Notes under the pieces: model-generated
What the model saw: the letters and a program-made list of their open reading frames with translations, nothing else
The model's database searches: none
Told to the model about the DNA's origin: nothing
Position numbers and translations under genes: made by a program
Shown here: piece after piece, positions 47,462-56,634 of the stretch
Layout: the number at the start of each line of letters is the position of its first letter
Position numbering within the stretch: position 1 is the first letter of the stretch
From: an uncultured virus (IMG/VR IMGVR_UViG_3300028107_000045)
Taxonomy: Duplodnaviria; Heunggongvirae; Uroviricota; Caudoviricetes
Virus record (IMG/VR): IMGVR_UViG_3300028107_000045
Length of the DNA stretch: 64,000 bases
Reading direction: 5' to 3' (one strand)

Positions 47462-48055
47462 ATGCCGTTTTATAAAGGTCCTGATGGTAAACCTTTGTGC
47501 TTGTATCGTGGGGAGTGTGCACATCCTCATCACGACACGCCGAAGTCTAACCTCCGCGCTTTGTACTTCGGAAACGTAGATACCGCAAACATTCATGCGG
47601 AAGCAACTACCAACTCGGGAAACTACTACACTTCGCGTGTGTTCCCCGTTCATTTGATACTGGACCGACCTTTTATTAACCAGCCTAACGACCCTTACCT
47701 GGAATTGGGACATGTAAGAATGTTGTTGGGTGGGAGTGAAACCAAACGTATTGCCATTCGCTTTGCTAAGTATATCGAAGAAACCGATAACTGGCGTGAG
47801 CGACTAAACCCCAATAAAAACTTCAAGGGTGTAGCTGACTTCCTTTACCAAGGCGGGTCGGTGGACGACTTGTATTTCCAGGCGTACCGTTTCTTTGACA
47901 GTTTCATGGAGATCAACCGACTCCGTAAGCTCGGTTACGACGGGGCCATCCACCGCGGGAGCGGTAGGGGTTCTGCCGATGCAACAGAGTACTGTGTGTT
48001 TAGCCGTAATCAAGTGTATTTCACAACAAGTCAAACTTTCTTAGGTAAAGAGTAA
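47462..48055 (+). CDS. ADP-ribosyltransferase-like protein (ART-PolyVal-like)
   Basis: DGKPLCLYRG, LYFG, VFPVHL...P, LGYDG, EYCVF...QV follow the ART-PolyVal motif order. Confidence 0.55.
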   Translation: MPFYKGPDGKPLCLYRGECAHPHHDTPKSNLRALYFGNVDTANIHAEATTNSGNYYTSRVFPVHLILDRPFINQPNDPYLELGHVRMLLGGSETKRIAIRFAKYIEETDNWRERLNPNKNFKGVADFLYQGGSVDDLYFQAYRFFDSFMEINRLRKLGYDGAIHRGSGRGSADATEYCVFSRNQVYFTTSQTFLGKE

Positions 48056-48060
48056 ACATA

Positions 48061-48468
48061 ATGAGTAAGGACAAAGTCAACGACCGCTTGGGTGCATCCG
48101 ATGTATACCAACCTGCAAATGACGAGCCTTGCGTTTTCACCGGTAACCACCGTTATCCGGTAAGTTCTGCTTGGATGCTGTGGTATATCCGTAAGAACCC
48201 ACGAGCCACCATTGCTGTGGCTCAAGCGGCTGGTATGTTAGTAGTTGATCAATTGCTTAAAGAACCGCGCCGAGTAATTGATTATCCTGAGCCAGAAAAG
48301 GTGGTATGTACCATCTTGGGTAAAAGTCTCAGTCTGGCTTGGATGGTGTGGTACGCTAACAAAGAAAACTGTACGTATAACTCAGCTCGCTGGAAAGGCA
48401 CTCACGAATGGCCTTCCTCTGATGCTAAACGGGTAACCGCCTTTGTAAGGGATGACAATCTGATATGA
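48061..48468 (+). CDS. Hypothetical protein with two Trp motifs
   Basis: VSSAWMLWY and LSLAWMVWY. Confidence 0.75.
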   Translation: MSKDKVNDRLGASDVYQPANDEPCVFTGNHRYPVSSAWMLWYIRKNPRATIAVAQAAGMLVVDQLLKEPRRVIDYPEPEKVVCTILGKSLSLAWMVWYANKENCTYNSARWKGTHEWPSSDAKRVTAFVRDDNLI

Positions 48469-48935
48469 GTAATGATCTTGGTTTGTACAAGCCCAGCGTT
48501 AACGAGCCCTCGTTGTTCACTAAAGACCCAGGGATCATTAACGAAGTCTGGGTGCAGTTTGCTGCAAATGCATTAGTAGGAGCGCAGGTAGCAAAAGGTC
48601 GTAAAGCTTTTGATGCTATCAACGAGTTCCTGAACACTCGGGTAATCTTGAGTCCTAACGGTATTCCTATCGGCCGTCGTGAAATCGATCCACGGGTTAG
48701 TAAGTTTACTAATAGCCCAATGGCGGTTGCCATTCGTGCTAGCGGGGTGGCTATTCAGGAAGGTATCCGGAGGGATCTCGGCATAGCCCCTCCTGACTTC
48801 TACAAGCCTCCTAAGAGCAACGTTACTGCCGACGGGTATGTTGCCTTGGACTGGTTGTTGTTCATCTGTTACAACGACGGTATGACGCCAGAAGAGGCAC
48901 ATGCGTATGCGGTTGCTCTGGGAGCAAAAGAATGA
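48465..48935 (+). CDS. Hypothetical protein with degenerate Trp motifs
   Basis: LYKPSVNEPSLFT resembles VYQPANDEPCVFT of the previous gene; INEVWVQF, VALDWLLF. Confidence 0.75.
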   Translation: MSNDLGLYKPSVNEPSLFTKDPGIINEVWVQFAANALVGAQVAKGRKAFDAINEFLNTRVILSPNGIPIGRREIDPRVSKFTNSPMAVAIRASGVAIQEGIRRDLGIAPPDFYKPPKSNVTADGYVALDWLLFICYNDGMTPEEAHAYAVALGAKE

Positions 48936-49372
48936 GTAAACGTGTCTTTGGTTACGACCTGGATATGGGGATTGTGGAGGTAGTTCGGTCTACGGTAGTT
49001 AAGCACGGGACTGAATACGTCGTTTACTCCAATGTTCCACTAAAGCCAGAAGAACGTTCCGAAGTTATTGCCTTCCTGCGTGGTGAGCTGGAACGTCCCG
49101 ACTGGTCCAGCAATATCAAGACGTATAACGTTAAGATACCAAAGACGTTTAACACTCTTACCTCCATTTCCATCCGTCGTGGTAATGGTGATGTGGCCTG
49201 GAACAAAGGGGATCTGGGCGACATCCTCACGATAGGTGAATGTTCCATCGATTGGAGTGAGGAGGCTGTTGAGCGTATCCTCAAACTGAATAACCCAGCC
49301 CCTAAGCCATTTACCGGTGACAATTACAACCTCAACGATCTCATGCAATACGGGAGCAATGGTAATGAATGA
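48932..49372 (+). CDS. Hypothetical protein
   Basis: GGGAG RBS, ATGA coupling. Confidence 0.7.
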   Translation: MSKRVFGYDLDMGIVEVVRSTVVKHGTEYVVYSNVPLKPEERSEVIAFLRGELERPDWSSNIKTYNVKIPKTFNTLTSISIRRGNGDVAWNKGDLGDILTIGECSIDWSEEAVERILKLNNPAPKPFTGDNYNLNDLMQYGSNGNE

Positions 49373-50369
49373 ATTTCAAAGCAAAGCGGATCAAGCAGTA
49401 GAAGAGTTTGGTGCTAAGCTGTTCACTTACGTACAGGGTCATGAAGGTTTCGATAGCCTGGCCAAAGCATCCGATCCTTCCCTGGCGGATCGTCGTGAAC
49501 TCCAGTTGGGCAACCTGACCGACCAGCAACTGGCTCACGAGATCAACACGCTCAATGGTTACCTGCGTGAAGAACGCGAGTTCTACCAGCGTGGTATGTA
49601 TTTCTACCGTCTGTTGGACGCGGCCGAGCAGCGTATCAAGCACCTGTCTGGTCGTTTGGCTCGTATGGGCAAGGACGTAGTGGGTGATATGGATGGAGAC
49701 ATGCTTACCCGTGAATCGTTTGCTGCTTGTGAACAACTCAGTCCTATGGCTGAGAAGTTTGACGCAGTGGTGCGTGCGCGCATTCCTGACGCACGTGATT
49801 GGGTTGCTCAGGTCTGTGACAAAGGGCAAGTACTCTCCGACGATCCACAGGTTGCTGCACTAATGCGTGAAGAAAGCACGCAAACATTGGCAGGGCCTCC
49901 TGGCGGAATGGAGTTTATCCCCGCTGACGGCGCTCCTATCGAGGTGGCTGCTGCGGTAGAGGCCAAAGAGCTTATCGATAAATACCCGCGCATGATCGAG
50001 TTCCGTGGGCGTAGAGGTCTGGCGATCGGTAATAATCGTTCCATCATGATGTCGGCTTCGTTTGATCGTAGCTATGGTGAAGTCCGACGTGCGACCATGC
50101 GCAAGTCTGAACTGATGGGACGAATCCTTACCCAATTCACCCGGGTGGCGTTCGCCGTCGGTATCCATGACAACGATTTGATGGAAGACATGGCTGTGGC
50201 TATCTTCCGCAAGCACCCTAACGTATCTCACAAACTTGTGGAAGCTTGCCTTGAGGTAGGTAACCCGTTCTGGCACACGGTTAAACAAAGCGAACTGGAA
50301 GAACTCCTGGGTAATCTCCAGGATTTGGTAACTGTTGTTGACCCACGCCCGGTACAAGACAATGGATAA
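49365..50369 (+). CDS. Hypothetical protein
   Basis: GGGAG RBS; ~334 aa, helical. Confidence 0.75.
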   Translation: MNEFQSKADQAVEEFGAKLFTYVQGHEGFDSLAKASDPSLADRRELQLGNLTDQQLAHEINTLNGYLREEREFYQRGMYFYRLLDAAEQRIKHLSGRLARMGKDVVGDMDGDMLTRESFAACEQLSPMAEKFDAVVRARIPDARDWVAQVCDKGQVLSDDPQVAALMREESTQTLAGPPGGMEFIPADGAPIEVAAAVEAKELIDKYPRMIEFRGRRGLAIGNNRSIMMSASFDRSYGEVRRATMRKSELMGRILTQFTRVAFAVGIHDNDLMEDMAVAIFRKHPNVSHKLVEACLEVGNPFWHTVKQSELEELLGNLQDLVTVVDPRPVQDNG

Positions 50370-50769
50370 GAATGCTCGTGTTGATGCTCTCGGTCGTAGT
50401 CACGAGGGCAAGGTGGTTTACCGTGTTGTAGTAGACGGTGTAAAGGAACCGATGTACATGGTGGATGCTTCTTGCAACACTGTGGACAAAGAGGGTAAGT
50501 CTCTGTTCCGCAACCCACCGGTGAAGGCTGCCGAGTGCGACAGCTTTATCGATCCTGCCTCTACCGATCAAGGTCCTAGTGACCAATGGTATAAAACCGC
50601 TGGTGCGCTGCTTGAAGTGGAACGCAAGGAACCGCCACTGCAAGGAGGTATGTCTTGCGGCCTGAACCGTGAGTGGATTGACTGGTACCGCAATCATGGT
50701 AAGGGTCATTCATTGCGCGAGACCCAGGCTGAGGGTATGCGCAGGCTGAAAGAACTGCGTGGTAAATAA
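50362..50769 (+). CDS. Hypothetical protein with C-terminal Trp motif
   Basis: GLNREWIDWY. Confidence 0.75.
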   Translation: MDKNARVDALGRSHEGKVVYRVVVDGVKEPMYMVDASCNTVDKEGKSLFRNPPVKAAECDSFIDPASTDQGPSDQWYKTAGALLEVERKEPPLQGGMSCGLNREWIDWYRNHGKGHSLRETQAEGMRRLKELRGK

Positions 50770-50796
50770 GTACTCCCCTAGCAATAATACGTAAAT

Positions 50797-50824
50797 CCTA
50801 CTGGGGCCCACAAGCCCCAGTAGG
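50797..50824 (+). terminator. Hairpin terminator
   Basis: CCTACTGGGGC...GCCCCAGTAGG. Confidence 0.7.
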
Positions 50825-50846
50825 TACTTTAACTAAGGGGGTGTTT

Positions 50847-51242
50847 ATGGTCGGGGGAGTGATAGCTGGATTATTACTGTTGGGCACCGTTTGTATGATC
50901 CTTAGCTTTGGTGTTAGTCGCCGCAAAATGACTAAGGAGGACCGTGAGTTCTTGGAAGCCTTGCGTAAGCATGGGGAGGACTTGCCTTATACCGATACGT
51001 CTGACGGGTATATTGTCCACAGAAGTAAAACAAGGAATAGCAGTAATGACACAACAAGGACAAAACACACCACCCACAAAGCAAAAGACGATAACAACTC
51101 ACTTACACACGGCATTGCGACTGGTCGTGTGCACGTTGGGTTTGATATCGGCCATAACAGTCATTGTTCTAGTGGGCATAGTAGCAGTGGCGACAGTGGT
51201 GGTGGATCGGGTGGGGGTAGCAGTAAGGGGTCGGATGATTGA
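50847..51242 (+). CDS. Membrane-anchored protein with Ser/Gly/His-rich tail
   Basis: N-terminal TM; ends SGHSSSGDSGGGSGGGSSKGSDD. Confidence 0.65.
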   Translation: MVGGVIAGLLLLGTVCMILSFGVSRRKMTKEDREFLEALRKHGEDLPYTDTSDGYIVHRSKTRNSSNDTTRTKHTTHKAKDDNNSLTHGIATGRVHVGFDIGHNSHCSSGHSSSGDSGGGSGGGSSKGSDD

Positions 51243-51430
51243 AACACGTAATAAGAAAGGTTCGTAAATTAAATCGTGGTGATTGGGTATTCATTATCAC
51301 GATGTGTGTAGTCCCCATGGTTTGCGTAATCGCTATTGTTTACGCCCTGGGTAACATTGCTGAGGCAGCCGACAAGTACGAAAGCTTGTTGGATAAAGAC
51401 ATTAAAGCTATGGAGCGTTTAAATGGATAA
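51239..51430 (+). CDS. Small single-TM protein
   Basis: TTG start overlapping the upstream stop; TM WVFIITMCVVPMVCVIAIVYAL. Confidence 0.55.
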   Translation: MKHVIRKVRKLNRGDWVFIITMCVVPMVCVIAIVYALGNIAEAADKYESLLDKDIKAMERLNG

Positions 51431-52022
51431 GTTTACTTTGTTGGACATGCTGGTTATTGTTCCCGGTATTGTAGTAGGGCTGTGCTTGTTGGCAGCCTTC
51501 GTATTGATTATCAAAATCAAACAATTGGTAACCCGTGCCGAGGCCGAGAACAACAAGCTCAAGCGCGAGAACCAGGAACTCCGTGATAAGATCGAGGAAC
51601 TCAGCCCCAAACCACAGGGCCAGCCCTTGGTACAAACCGGTCTGGGTCTGAGGGACACTGAGTACCGGCACCGTAAAGAACATATTCGTGAAAGCGAATA
51701 TGCAGAAATGGTTGGTAACCTCCCGACAAACATGTCACCACCACCTGCACCACAGGTGAGTATCTTCCAGCATCAGCACCAACCAAAACCAGCACCTCGT
51801 CCTAAACCAGCTCCGTTGCCATCCAGCAGCAGTGTTCGTGATGCGCACCACCACCATCGCCATGATGACAACACCCTGATGCACGTGGCGGTGGCTGCCG
51901 CAGTTCTGTCGTCTTCGGACGATAACAACCGTAGTGCCCCGGCGTGTAGTCCTAGCCGTGACAGCGACTACGGCAGTCCTTCCTACGACAGCAGTGATAG
52001 CAGTTCTCCTTCCTGTGATTGA
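51423..52022 (+). CDS. Membrane-anchored protein with coiled coil, Pro/His-rich linker and Ser/Asp-rich tail
   Basis: N-terminal TM; HHHHRHDD; ends SYDSSDSSSPSCD. Confidence 0.75.
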   Translation: MDKFTLLDMLVIVPGIVVGLCLLAAFVLIIKIKQLVTRAEAENNKLKRENQELRDKIEELSPKPQGQPLVQTGLGLRDTEYRHRKEHIRESEYAEMVGNLPTNMSPPPAPQVSIFQHQHQPKPAPRPKPAPLPSSSSVRDAHHHHRHDDNTLMHVAVAAAVLSSSDDNNRSAPACSPSRDSDYGSPSYDSSDSSSPSCD

Positions 52023-52032
52023 GGGTTTAGGT

Positions 52033-52353
52033 ATGCGTGATGGTAGCGATGTAGCTGGCGAACCAAAACCAAAAGTAGGTAAGTTCAAACGTTTGTTAAT
52101 CTGGTTGAGCGATTGGCTAGACGAACGCAACAATTACGGTCACCAACGCGGCGAGTTGATCACCGGTTATTTCTGGTTGACGGTAGTGCTCCTCGCTTTT
52201 GGTACTGGTGTCTACTGGATTAATGAATGGGACCGACGTAATCGTGAGGAAAGCTGCGAGGGTATTTACGCCACCTCTGTTTGCTTAGAGCGACTCTTAA
52301 AAGAGGTCCGACTCAAAGAAGAATACGAAGCCAAATTGAAGGAAGTAAAATGA
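52033..52353 (+). CDS. Single-TM protein, CxGxYxTxxC family
   Basis: TM then CEGIYATSVC. Confidence 0.75.
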   Translation: MRDGSDVAGEPKPKVGKFKRLLIWLSDWLDERNNYGHQRGELITGYFWLTVVLLAFGTGVYWINEWDRRNREESCEGIYATSVCLERLLKEVRLKEEYEAKLKEVK

Positions 52354-52604
52354 AAGGCGTATTGGAAGAACTGTTTGCAACTAAAAGAAACCCTAAATGG
52401 GATGCCATTAAAGGTGTCCTGCTGATGTTGGGTATCGTTGCCGGTTGCTGGATGATCTTTAAGGCTAGCATGGACACCGTCATTGCTTACCGGGTAACCC
52501 AGACTAAGCAAGACAAGGCTAACTGTGTCGGTGAGTACAACACTATCCCGTGCCACCAGTACAAAATCGAGCAGTTGTTGCTGGAGTCCAGGAGACCTAA
52601 GTAA
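52350..52604 (+). CDS. Single-TM protein, CxGxYxTxxC family
   Basis: TM then CVGEYNTIPC. Confidence 0.75.
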   Translation: MKGVLEELFATKRNPKWDAIKGVLLMLGIVAGCWMIFKASMDTVIAYRVTQTKQDKANCVGEYNTIPCHQYKIEQLLLESRRPK

Positions 52605-52897
52605 TGATGTTGCCTAACTTCCCGTCGTTCAGGCTCAGGATTCCTAAGTTCGCTCTGTTTGTCTTGATGGTTATTATTCCGCTGGCTATAGTTGCTGGTT
52701 ACCAAATGGTAAAGATTAAGAACTCTCTGGATAAACTACGTGACCAAATGCAGGAAGTAGAATCTTTCGAAAACTGCACCGGTAAGTACGCCACTCTGGC
52801 TTGTCTAGATTACCGTAAGGCTAAACTGGCATTGGATCACCAGTACAAAGGTGAGCTCAATGAACTCAAACAGAAACGCAGAGCAGCAGAGAAATGA
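52604..52897 (+). CDS. Single-TM protein, CxGxYxTxxC family
   Basis: TM then CTGKYATLAC. Confidence 0.75.
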   Translation: MMLPNFPSFRLRIPKFALFVLMVIIPLAIVAGYQMVKIKNSLDKLRDQMQEVESFENCTGKYATLACLDYRKAKLALDHQYKGELNELKQKRRAAEK

Positions 52898-53166
52898 CCA
52901 AACCAAAAATGATCACTCCTAATGTATGGAAGTGCTTGGCATTTGTAGTCTTGGCGGTAGGTCTTTACGGCGGATTGTTTTACTATGCGCGCCAGGACAA
53001 GATAAACGCTGACGCCAGGCAGGAAGAGGCTGATCGTGTCGGGTGTCTGGGTAAATACGAGACCCCCGAGTGTCTGGGCCCGCGTTTGAAGAAGGCAGAA
53101 CTCAAACGTCAGTACGAGGAGGCTGCTAATGCCATCGACCAGCAGGGATTACACAACAGTAATTGA
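52894..53166 (+). CDS. Single-TM protein, CxGxYxTxxC family
   Basis: TM then CLGKYETPEC. Confidence 0.75.
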   Translation: MTKPKMITPNVWKCLAFVVLAVGLYGGLFYYARQDKINADARQEEADRVGCLGKYETPECLGPRLKKAELKRQYEEAANAIDQQGLHNSN

Positions 53167-53392
53167 GGGAGAGTTTATACCCAAGGATGAACGTGTCTTC
53201 ATAAACACCAGTTGGTCTATGAAGGACGCTGAGTTCGAAAGGTTGGATACTCCTGAACCTGACCCAGAGATTGTGTACTACTGCAAGTTCAAGCCAGAGC
53301 CAAAAGATCTAAATGATGACTTTTGGGTAGCACTACTTCTGGGTAGTGTTGTGTGCATGGCCTGGTTCCTTATCTCTTACTTACCGGGGTGA
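53129..53392 (+). CDS. Tail-anchored small membrane protein
   Basis: GGAGG RBS; acidic N-terminus; C-terminal TM FWVALLLGSVVCMAWFLISYL. Confidence 0.65.
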   Translation: MPSTSRDYTTVIEGEFIPKDERVFINTSWSMKDAEFERLDTPEPDPEIVYYCKFKPEPKDLNDDFWVALLLGSVVCMAWFLISYLPG

Positions 53393-53395
53393 TCT

Positions 53396-53758
53396 ATGCC
53401 GAGGAATGATTCTATCCCTCCAGTGCGTCCTAAGGCACCACCAGCACCTCCTCCAAAGGTGCCTGGTAAACCAATACCACCAACAGCTAAGTTGCCGCCT
53501 AAACCACCTCCCATGCGTCAGATCCCTAAACCACACTGGTTCCGTACTGTGTTGGATTGGGTGGGCGTACTGACTATTGCGGGGCTCGGTGTTTGGGCGT
53601 TGTCCTACGGGGTGCTAACCCAAACGGAGAAAGTAAGGGTTTGGGCTAAAGATTACGATCTTAAGCATTGCCTTGGTAAATATGATACCCCGCAATGTCA
53701 TAAAGATCGTGCTATTAACAAAGCTAAGGCTTATGAACAGGCTAAGGATAACCGGTAA
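53396..53758 (+). CDS. Single-TM protein, CxGxYxTxxC family, with Pro/Lys-rich N-terminus
   Basis: PPVRPKAPPAPPPKVP..., TM, then CLGKYDTPQC. Confidence 0.75.
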   Translation: MPRNDSIPPVRPKAPPAPPPKVPGKPIPPTAKLPPKPPPMRQIPKPHWFRTVLDWVGVLTIAGLGVWALSYGVLTQTEKVRVWAKDYDLKHCLGKYDTPQCHKDRAINKAKAYEQAKDNR

Positions 53759-54849
53759 TGTGGACGTACCTACCAGTGGTACTGCTACCAGCCCTGCTGG
53801 TGGTATTGGTTTGTCGATGGATCTGGCCTCACCATATCACCATACGTGAATGGCTGTTACAGGGTGCTGGGGTTATACTCAGCACCCTAATATTCATGGT
53901 GGTGATCTGGGGGTCGTCGTTTAGCATGATCGGTGACACTTCGATCTTTAACGGTTACGTTACTGGCAAAGATCGAGTTAAGGTGTCGTGCTCCCACCAC
54001 TATGTTTGTGGTGAGACCTGTCACATGGAGACCACTACGGACTCCAAGGGTAAAAAGCACACACGTAAGGTATGTCAACCTAAGTACTGCGACGAGCACT
54101 CGTACGACGTAGACTGGGATGTATACAGCACGTTGGGTACCTTTACCATCGAACGGGTTGACCGCCGTGGTATGGAGGTCCCTGATCGCTGGGATATGGT
54201 AGACGTAGACGAGCCTGTTGCCGTAGCTGGTTATGTGCGCAACTACATGCTACTAGACGGAACCCGCTTTAACACGTCTGATTTGATCCGTACGAAGTAT
54301 TTGGGTAAGATTCCAGGTTACCCCCACGTACACGATTATTATCGCTATAATCGCATCGTACAAGATCCTGGAGACTCTACCGACTTTGACGGCATTAACA
54401 TCTGGCTTAACAACCAGTTGCGTAAAGACGGTGCACTGAAACAGCTGAACGTTATCTTGGTAGTAACTCAATACGACCAAGACTATTTCTATGCGGTAAT
54501 GGAAGCATGGAAAGGCACCAAGAAAAACGATGTAGTCATTTTCTATGGTGTTGACGACAAGCTGGAAGTACAGTGGACTAAGGCAATGTCTTTTGCTGAT
54601 GGGCAGAACAACCAAGTTATGCTCAAAGAAGTAGAAGGCTTGGCTTATGACCGCACCCTGGATATCGGGTTGGTCCAAGACCAGTACCGGGTTATTCAGA
54701 ATGATTTCAAGCGGGTCCCTAACAAGACCTTCGCTTATCTAACCAATGGGTGGATTCCACCTACTTGGCTGTTGGTAACACTATCCATCCTCAACTTACT
54801 GGTTGCGGTTGGTGTGGCATACGTTGTAATCAAAGAAGACGTCGCTTAA
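53758..54849 (+). CDS. Membrane protein (3 predicted TM) with Cys-rich region and TPM-like domain
   Basis: Two N-terminal TMs, CSHHYVCGETC...C...YCDEH, NVILVV...AWKGTKKNDVVIFYG, C-terminal TM. Confidence 0.55.
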   Translation: MWTYLPVVLLPALLVVLVCRWIWPHHITIREWLLQGAGVILSTLIFMVVIWGSSFSMIGDTSIFNGYVTGKDRVKVSCSHHYVCGETCHMETTTDSKGKKHTRKVCQPKYCDEHSYDVDWDVYSTLGTFTIERVDRRGMEVPDRWDMVDVDEPVAVAGYVRNYMLLDGTRFNTSDLIRTKYLGKIPGYPHVHDYYRYNRIVQDPGDSTDFDGINIWLNNQLRKDGALKQLNVILVVTQYDQDYFYAVMEAWKGTKKNDVVIFYGVDDKLEVQWTKAMSFADGQNNQVMLKEVEGLAYDRTLDIGLVQDQYRVIQNDFKRVPNKTFAYLTNGWIPPTWLLVTLSILNLLVAVGVAYVVIKEDVA

Positions 54850-54862
54850 TTTAAGGAAAATC

Positions 54863-55420
54863 ATGAAAGCTATTGGCATTGCTCTGTTGGTACTGTTGGG
54901 TCTGGGCGCACTGGGTGGTGTTGCATTGTTCTTGGGTTACCAGAGCATGCACGACAATGCGATCACCATCGAGAACGACATCAAGCGGCTCGATAACGAG
55001 TCCCAGAACGTGTTGTCCAGCATGACCATCAAGATCCAAACGTTGGTGGGTCTGAACAAGACGTACACTGACGGCCTGAAAGAAGTGATCACTGCTGCGG
55101 TTACTGGGCGTTACGGCGACAAAGGCAGCCAGGCTACCATGCAGTGGATCCAGGAACAGAACCCGAATGTTGATTCGTCGATGTTCAAGCCTGTGCAGGC
55201 AGTTATCATCGGTGGTAATACCGAGTTCCAGATCTCGCAGACACGCAAGAACGAAGTGTGTACCTCGTACGAAACCATGCGTGACACGCTGGTACGTGGC
55301 TTCTTCCTGCGCCTGGCGGATTTCCCGAAGAAGGACGTGTTGAAACTCTGCCAGATCGTTGTTGACGAGGCTACAGAAAACGCGTTCAAAACCGGTAAAC
55401 GCGAAGCAACCATCAAGTAA
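54863..55420 (+). CDS. LemA-like membrane protein
   Basis: 185 aa, N-terminal TM, helical bundle, late segment ISQTRKNEVCTSYE...GFFLRLADFP resembles the LemA C-terminus. Confidence 0.55.
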   Translation: MKAIGIALLVLLGLGALGGVALFLGYQSMHDNAITIENDIKRLDNESQNVLSSMTIKIQTLVGLNKTYTDGLKEVITAAVTGRYGDKGSQATMQWIQEQNPNVDSSMFKPVQAVIIGGNTEFQISQTRKNEVCTSYETMRDTLVRGFFLRLADFPKKDVLKLCQIVVDEATENAFKTGKREATIK

Positions 55421-55428
55421 CCTTTATA

Positions 55429-55456
55429 CTACCTGGTAGGCTAGCCTACCAGGTAG
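55429..55456. terminator. Perfect 28-bp palindrome / hairpin
   Basis: CTACCTGGTAGGCTAGCCTACCAGGTAG is its own reverse complement. Confidence 0.7.
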
Positions 55457-55478
55457 CTTACTTTAGAGGGTTTTTATT

Positions 55479-55928
55479 ATGGTATCTTTTATTGAGCTGT
55501 TGTGTACTCTTTGGCCTATTAAGCGCCATAAGTTTCCAGAGCCTGTCGTTAAAGATCTCGATGATCCTTGTAATACCAATGCTGACTTGTTCTATGACGC
55601 CGTGCGGAACGCTACGGTGCGTTTTGTGGAGACTACTCCGTTAACCCGTGTAGATGGCAGTGCTAACTCTAACTGGCTTGAACAGCTCGCTATAGGGTTT
55701 CCTAGCCTAGATGAAGAAGCACTAAACGTTTTACTGGAATCTCTCAGAAAAGAAGAAAACGGTTTATTAGATATGGCCATAGCTAACCAGCCGTTTCCAG
55801 AAGAGACGTTGCTGGACCAGGTAGTCAAAGATATACGGCCAGAAGTATCCTACGATCCGGATAGCGGTGAATACCGTTTGAAAATGCATCGGCAATGGTA
55901 TACCTGGGTTCCGGGATTAGGCATTTGA
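55479..55928 (+). CDS. Hypothetical protein
   Basis: GAGGG RBS, 149 aa. Confidence 0.7.
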   Translation: MVSFIELLCTLWPIKRHKFPEPVVKDLDDPCNTNADLFYDAVRNATVRFVETTPLTRVDGSANSNWLEQLAIGFPSLDEEALNVLLESLRKEENGLLDMAIANQPFPEETLLDQVVKDIRPEVSYDPDSGEYRLKMHRQWYTWVPGLGI

Positions 55929-55940
55929 AAAGGATTCATC

Positions 55941-56624
55941 ATGTTAGTAAAACGATTTGGTATCAACAAAGAGGGCCGTGACATTGCAGTAGGTGATATC
56001 CACGGGCATTTTTCTTACTTACAACGAGAGCTGAACCGTATCAAGTTCGACCCTACTGTAGACCGTTTGTTTAGTGTAGGCGATCTGGTAGACCGTGGGC
56101 CAGAGAACAAGCGTGCGTTCGAGTGGTTGTCTTACCCGTGGTTCCATCCAGTAATGGGCAACCATGACCACCATGTAGCGCGTTGGGACACTGTAGAGTC
56201 CTGGTTAGGCAAAGCTGGTAAGTGGTTCAGTGAGGCGTTTAATGACGAGGAGAAAGTCATGTTCGCAGCTCCTTTCCAAGACTTACCGGTAGCCATTGAA
56301 GTAGAAACCAAATACGGTGTCGTCGGACTGGTGCATGCAGAATGTCCGTTCGACGACTGGAACACCCTACTGGAACGTTTGGGTCCAGATCAACATCCAC
56401 GCGAACGTAAGCTGGTGGCTAACAGCTGTATGTACTCTCGCCGTAAGTTCGAGTTCAAGGAAAAGGATCGGGTACAAAACATCCGTGCGGTAGTGGTGGG
56501 GCATAACCCGGTTAAGGAAGTACTCAAACTGGGCAACACTTACTTCATCGACACGGAAGGCTGGAAACCACGGTCTGGTAAATTCACTCTGTTTAACCTG
56601 AACGGTTTGCAGGCAATGCGCTAA
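55941..56624 (+). CDS. Ser/Thr protein phosphatase (lambda NinI/PphA-like metallophosphoesterase)
   Basis: GDIHG, GDLVDRGP, GNHD, LVHA, VVGHNP, FIDT motifs. Confidence 0.9.
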   Translation: MLVKRFGINKEGRDIAVGDIHGHFSYLQRELNRIKFDPTVDRLFSVGDLVDRGPENKRAFEWLSYPWFHPVMGNHDHHVARWDTVESWLGKAGKWFSEAFNDEEKVMFAAPFQDLPVAIEVETKYGVVGLVHAECPFDDWNTLLERLGPDQHPRERKLVANSCMYSRRKFEFKEKDRVQNIRAVVVGHNPVKEVLKLGNTYFIDTEGWKPRSGKFTLFNLNGLQAMR

Positions 56625-56634
56625 GGAGTAAGAC

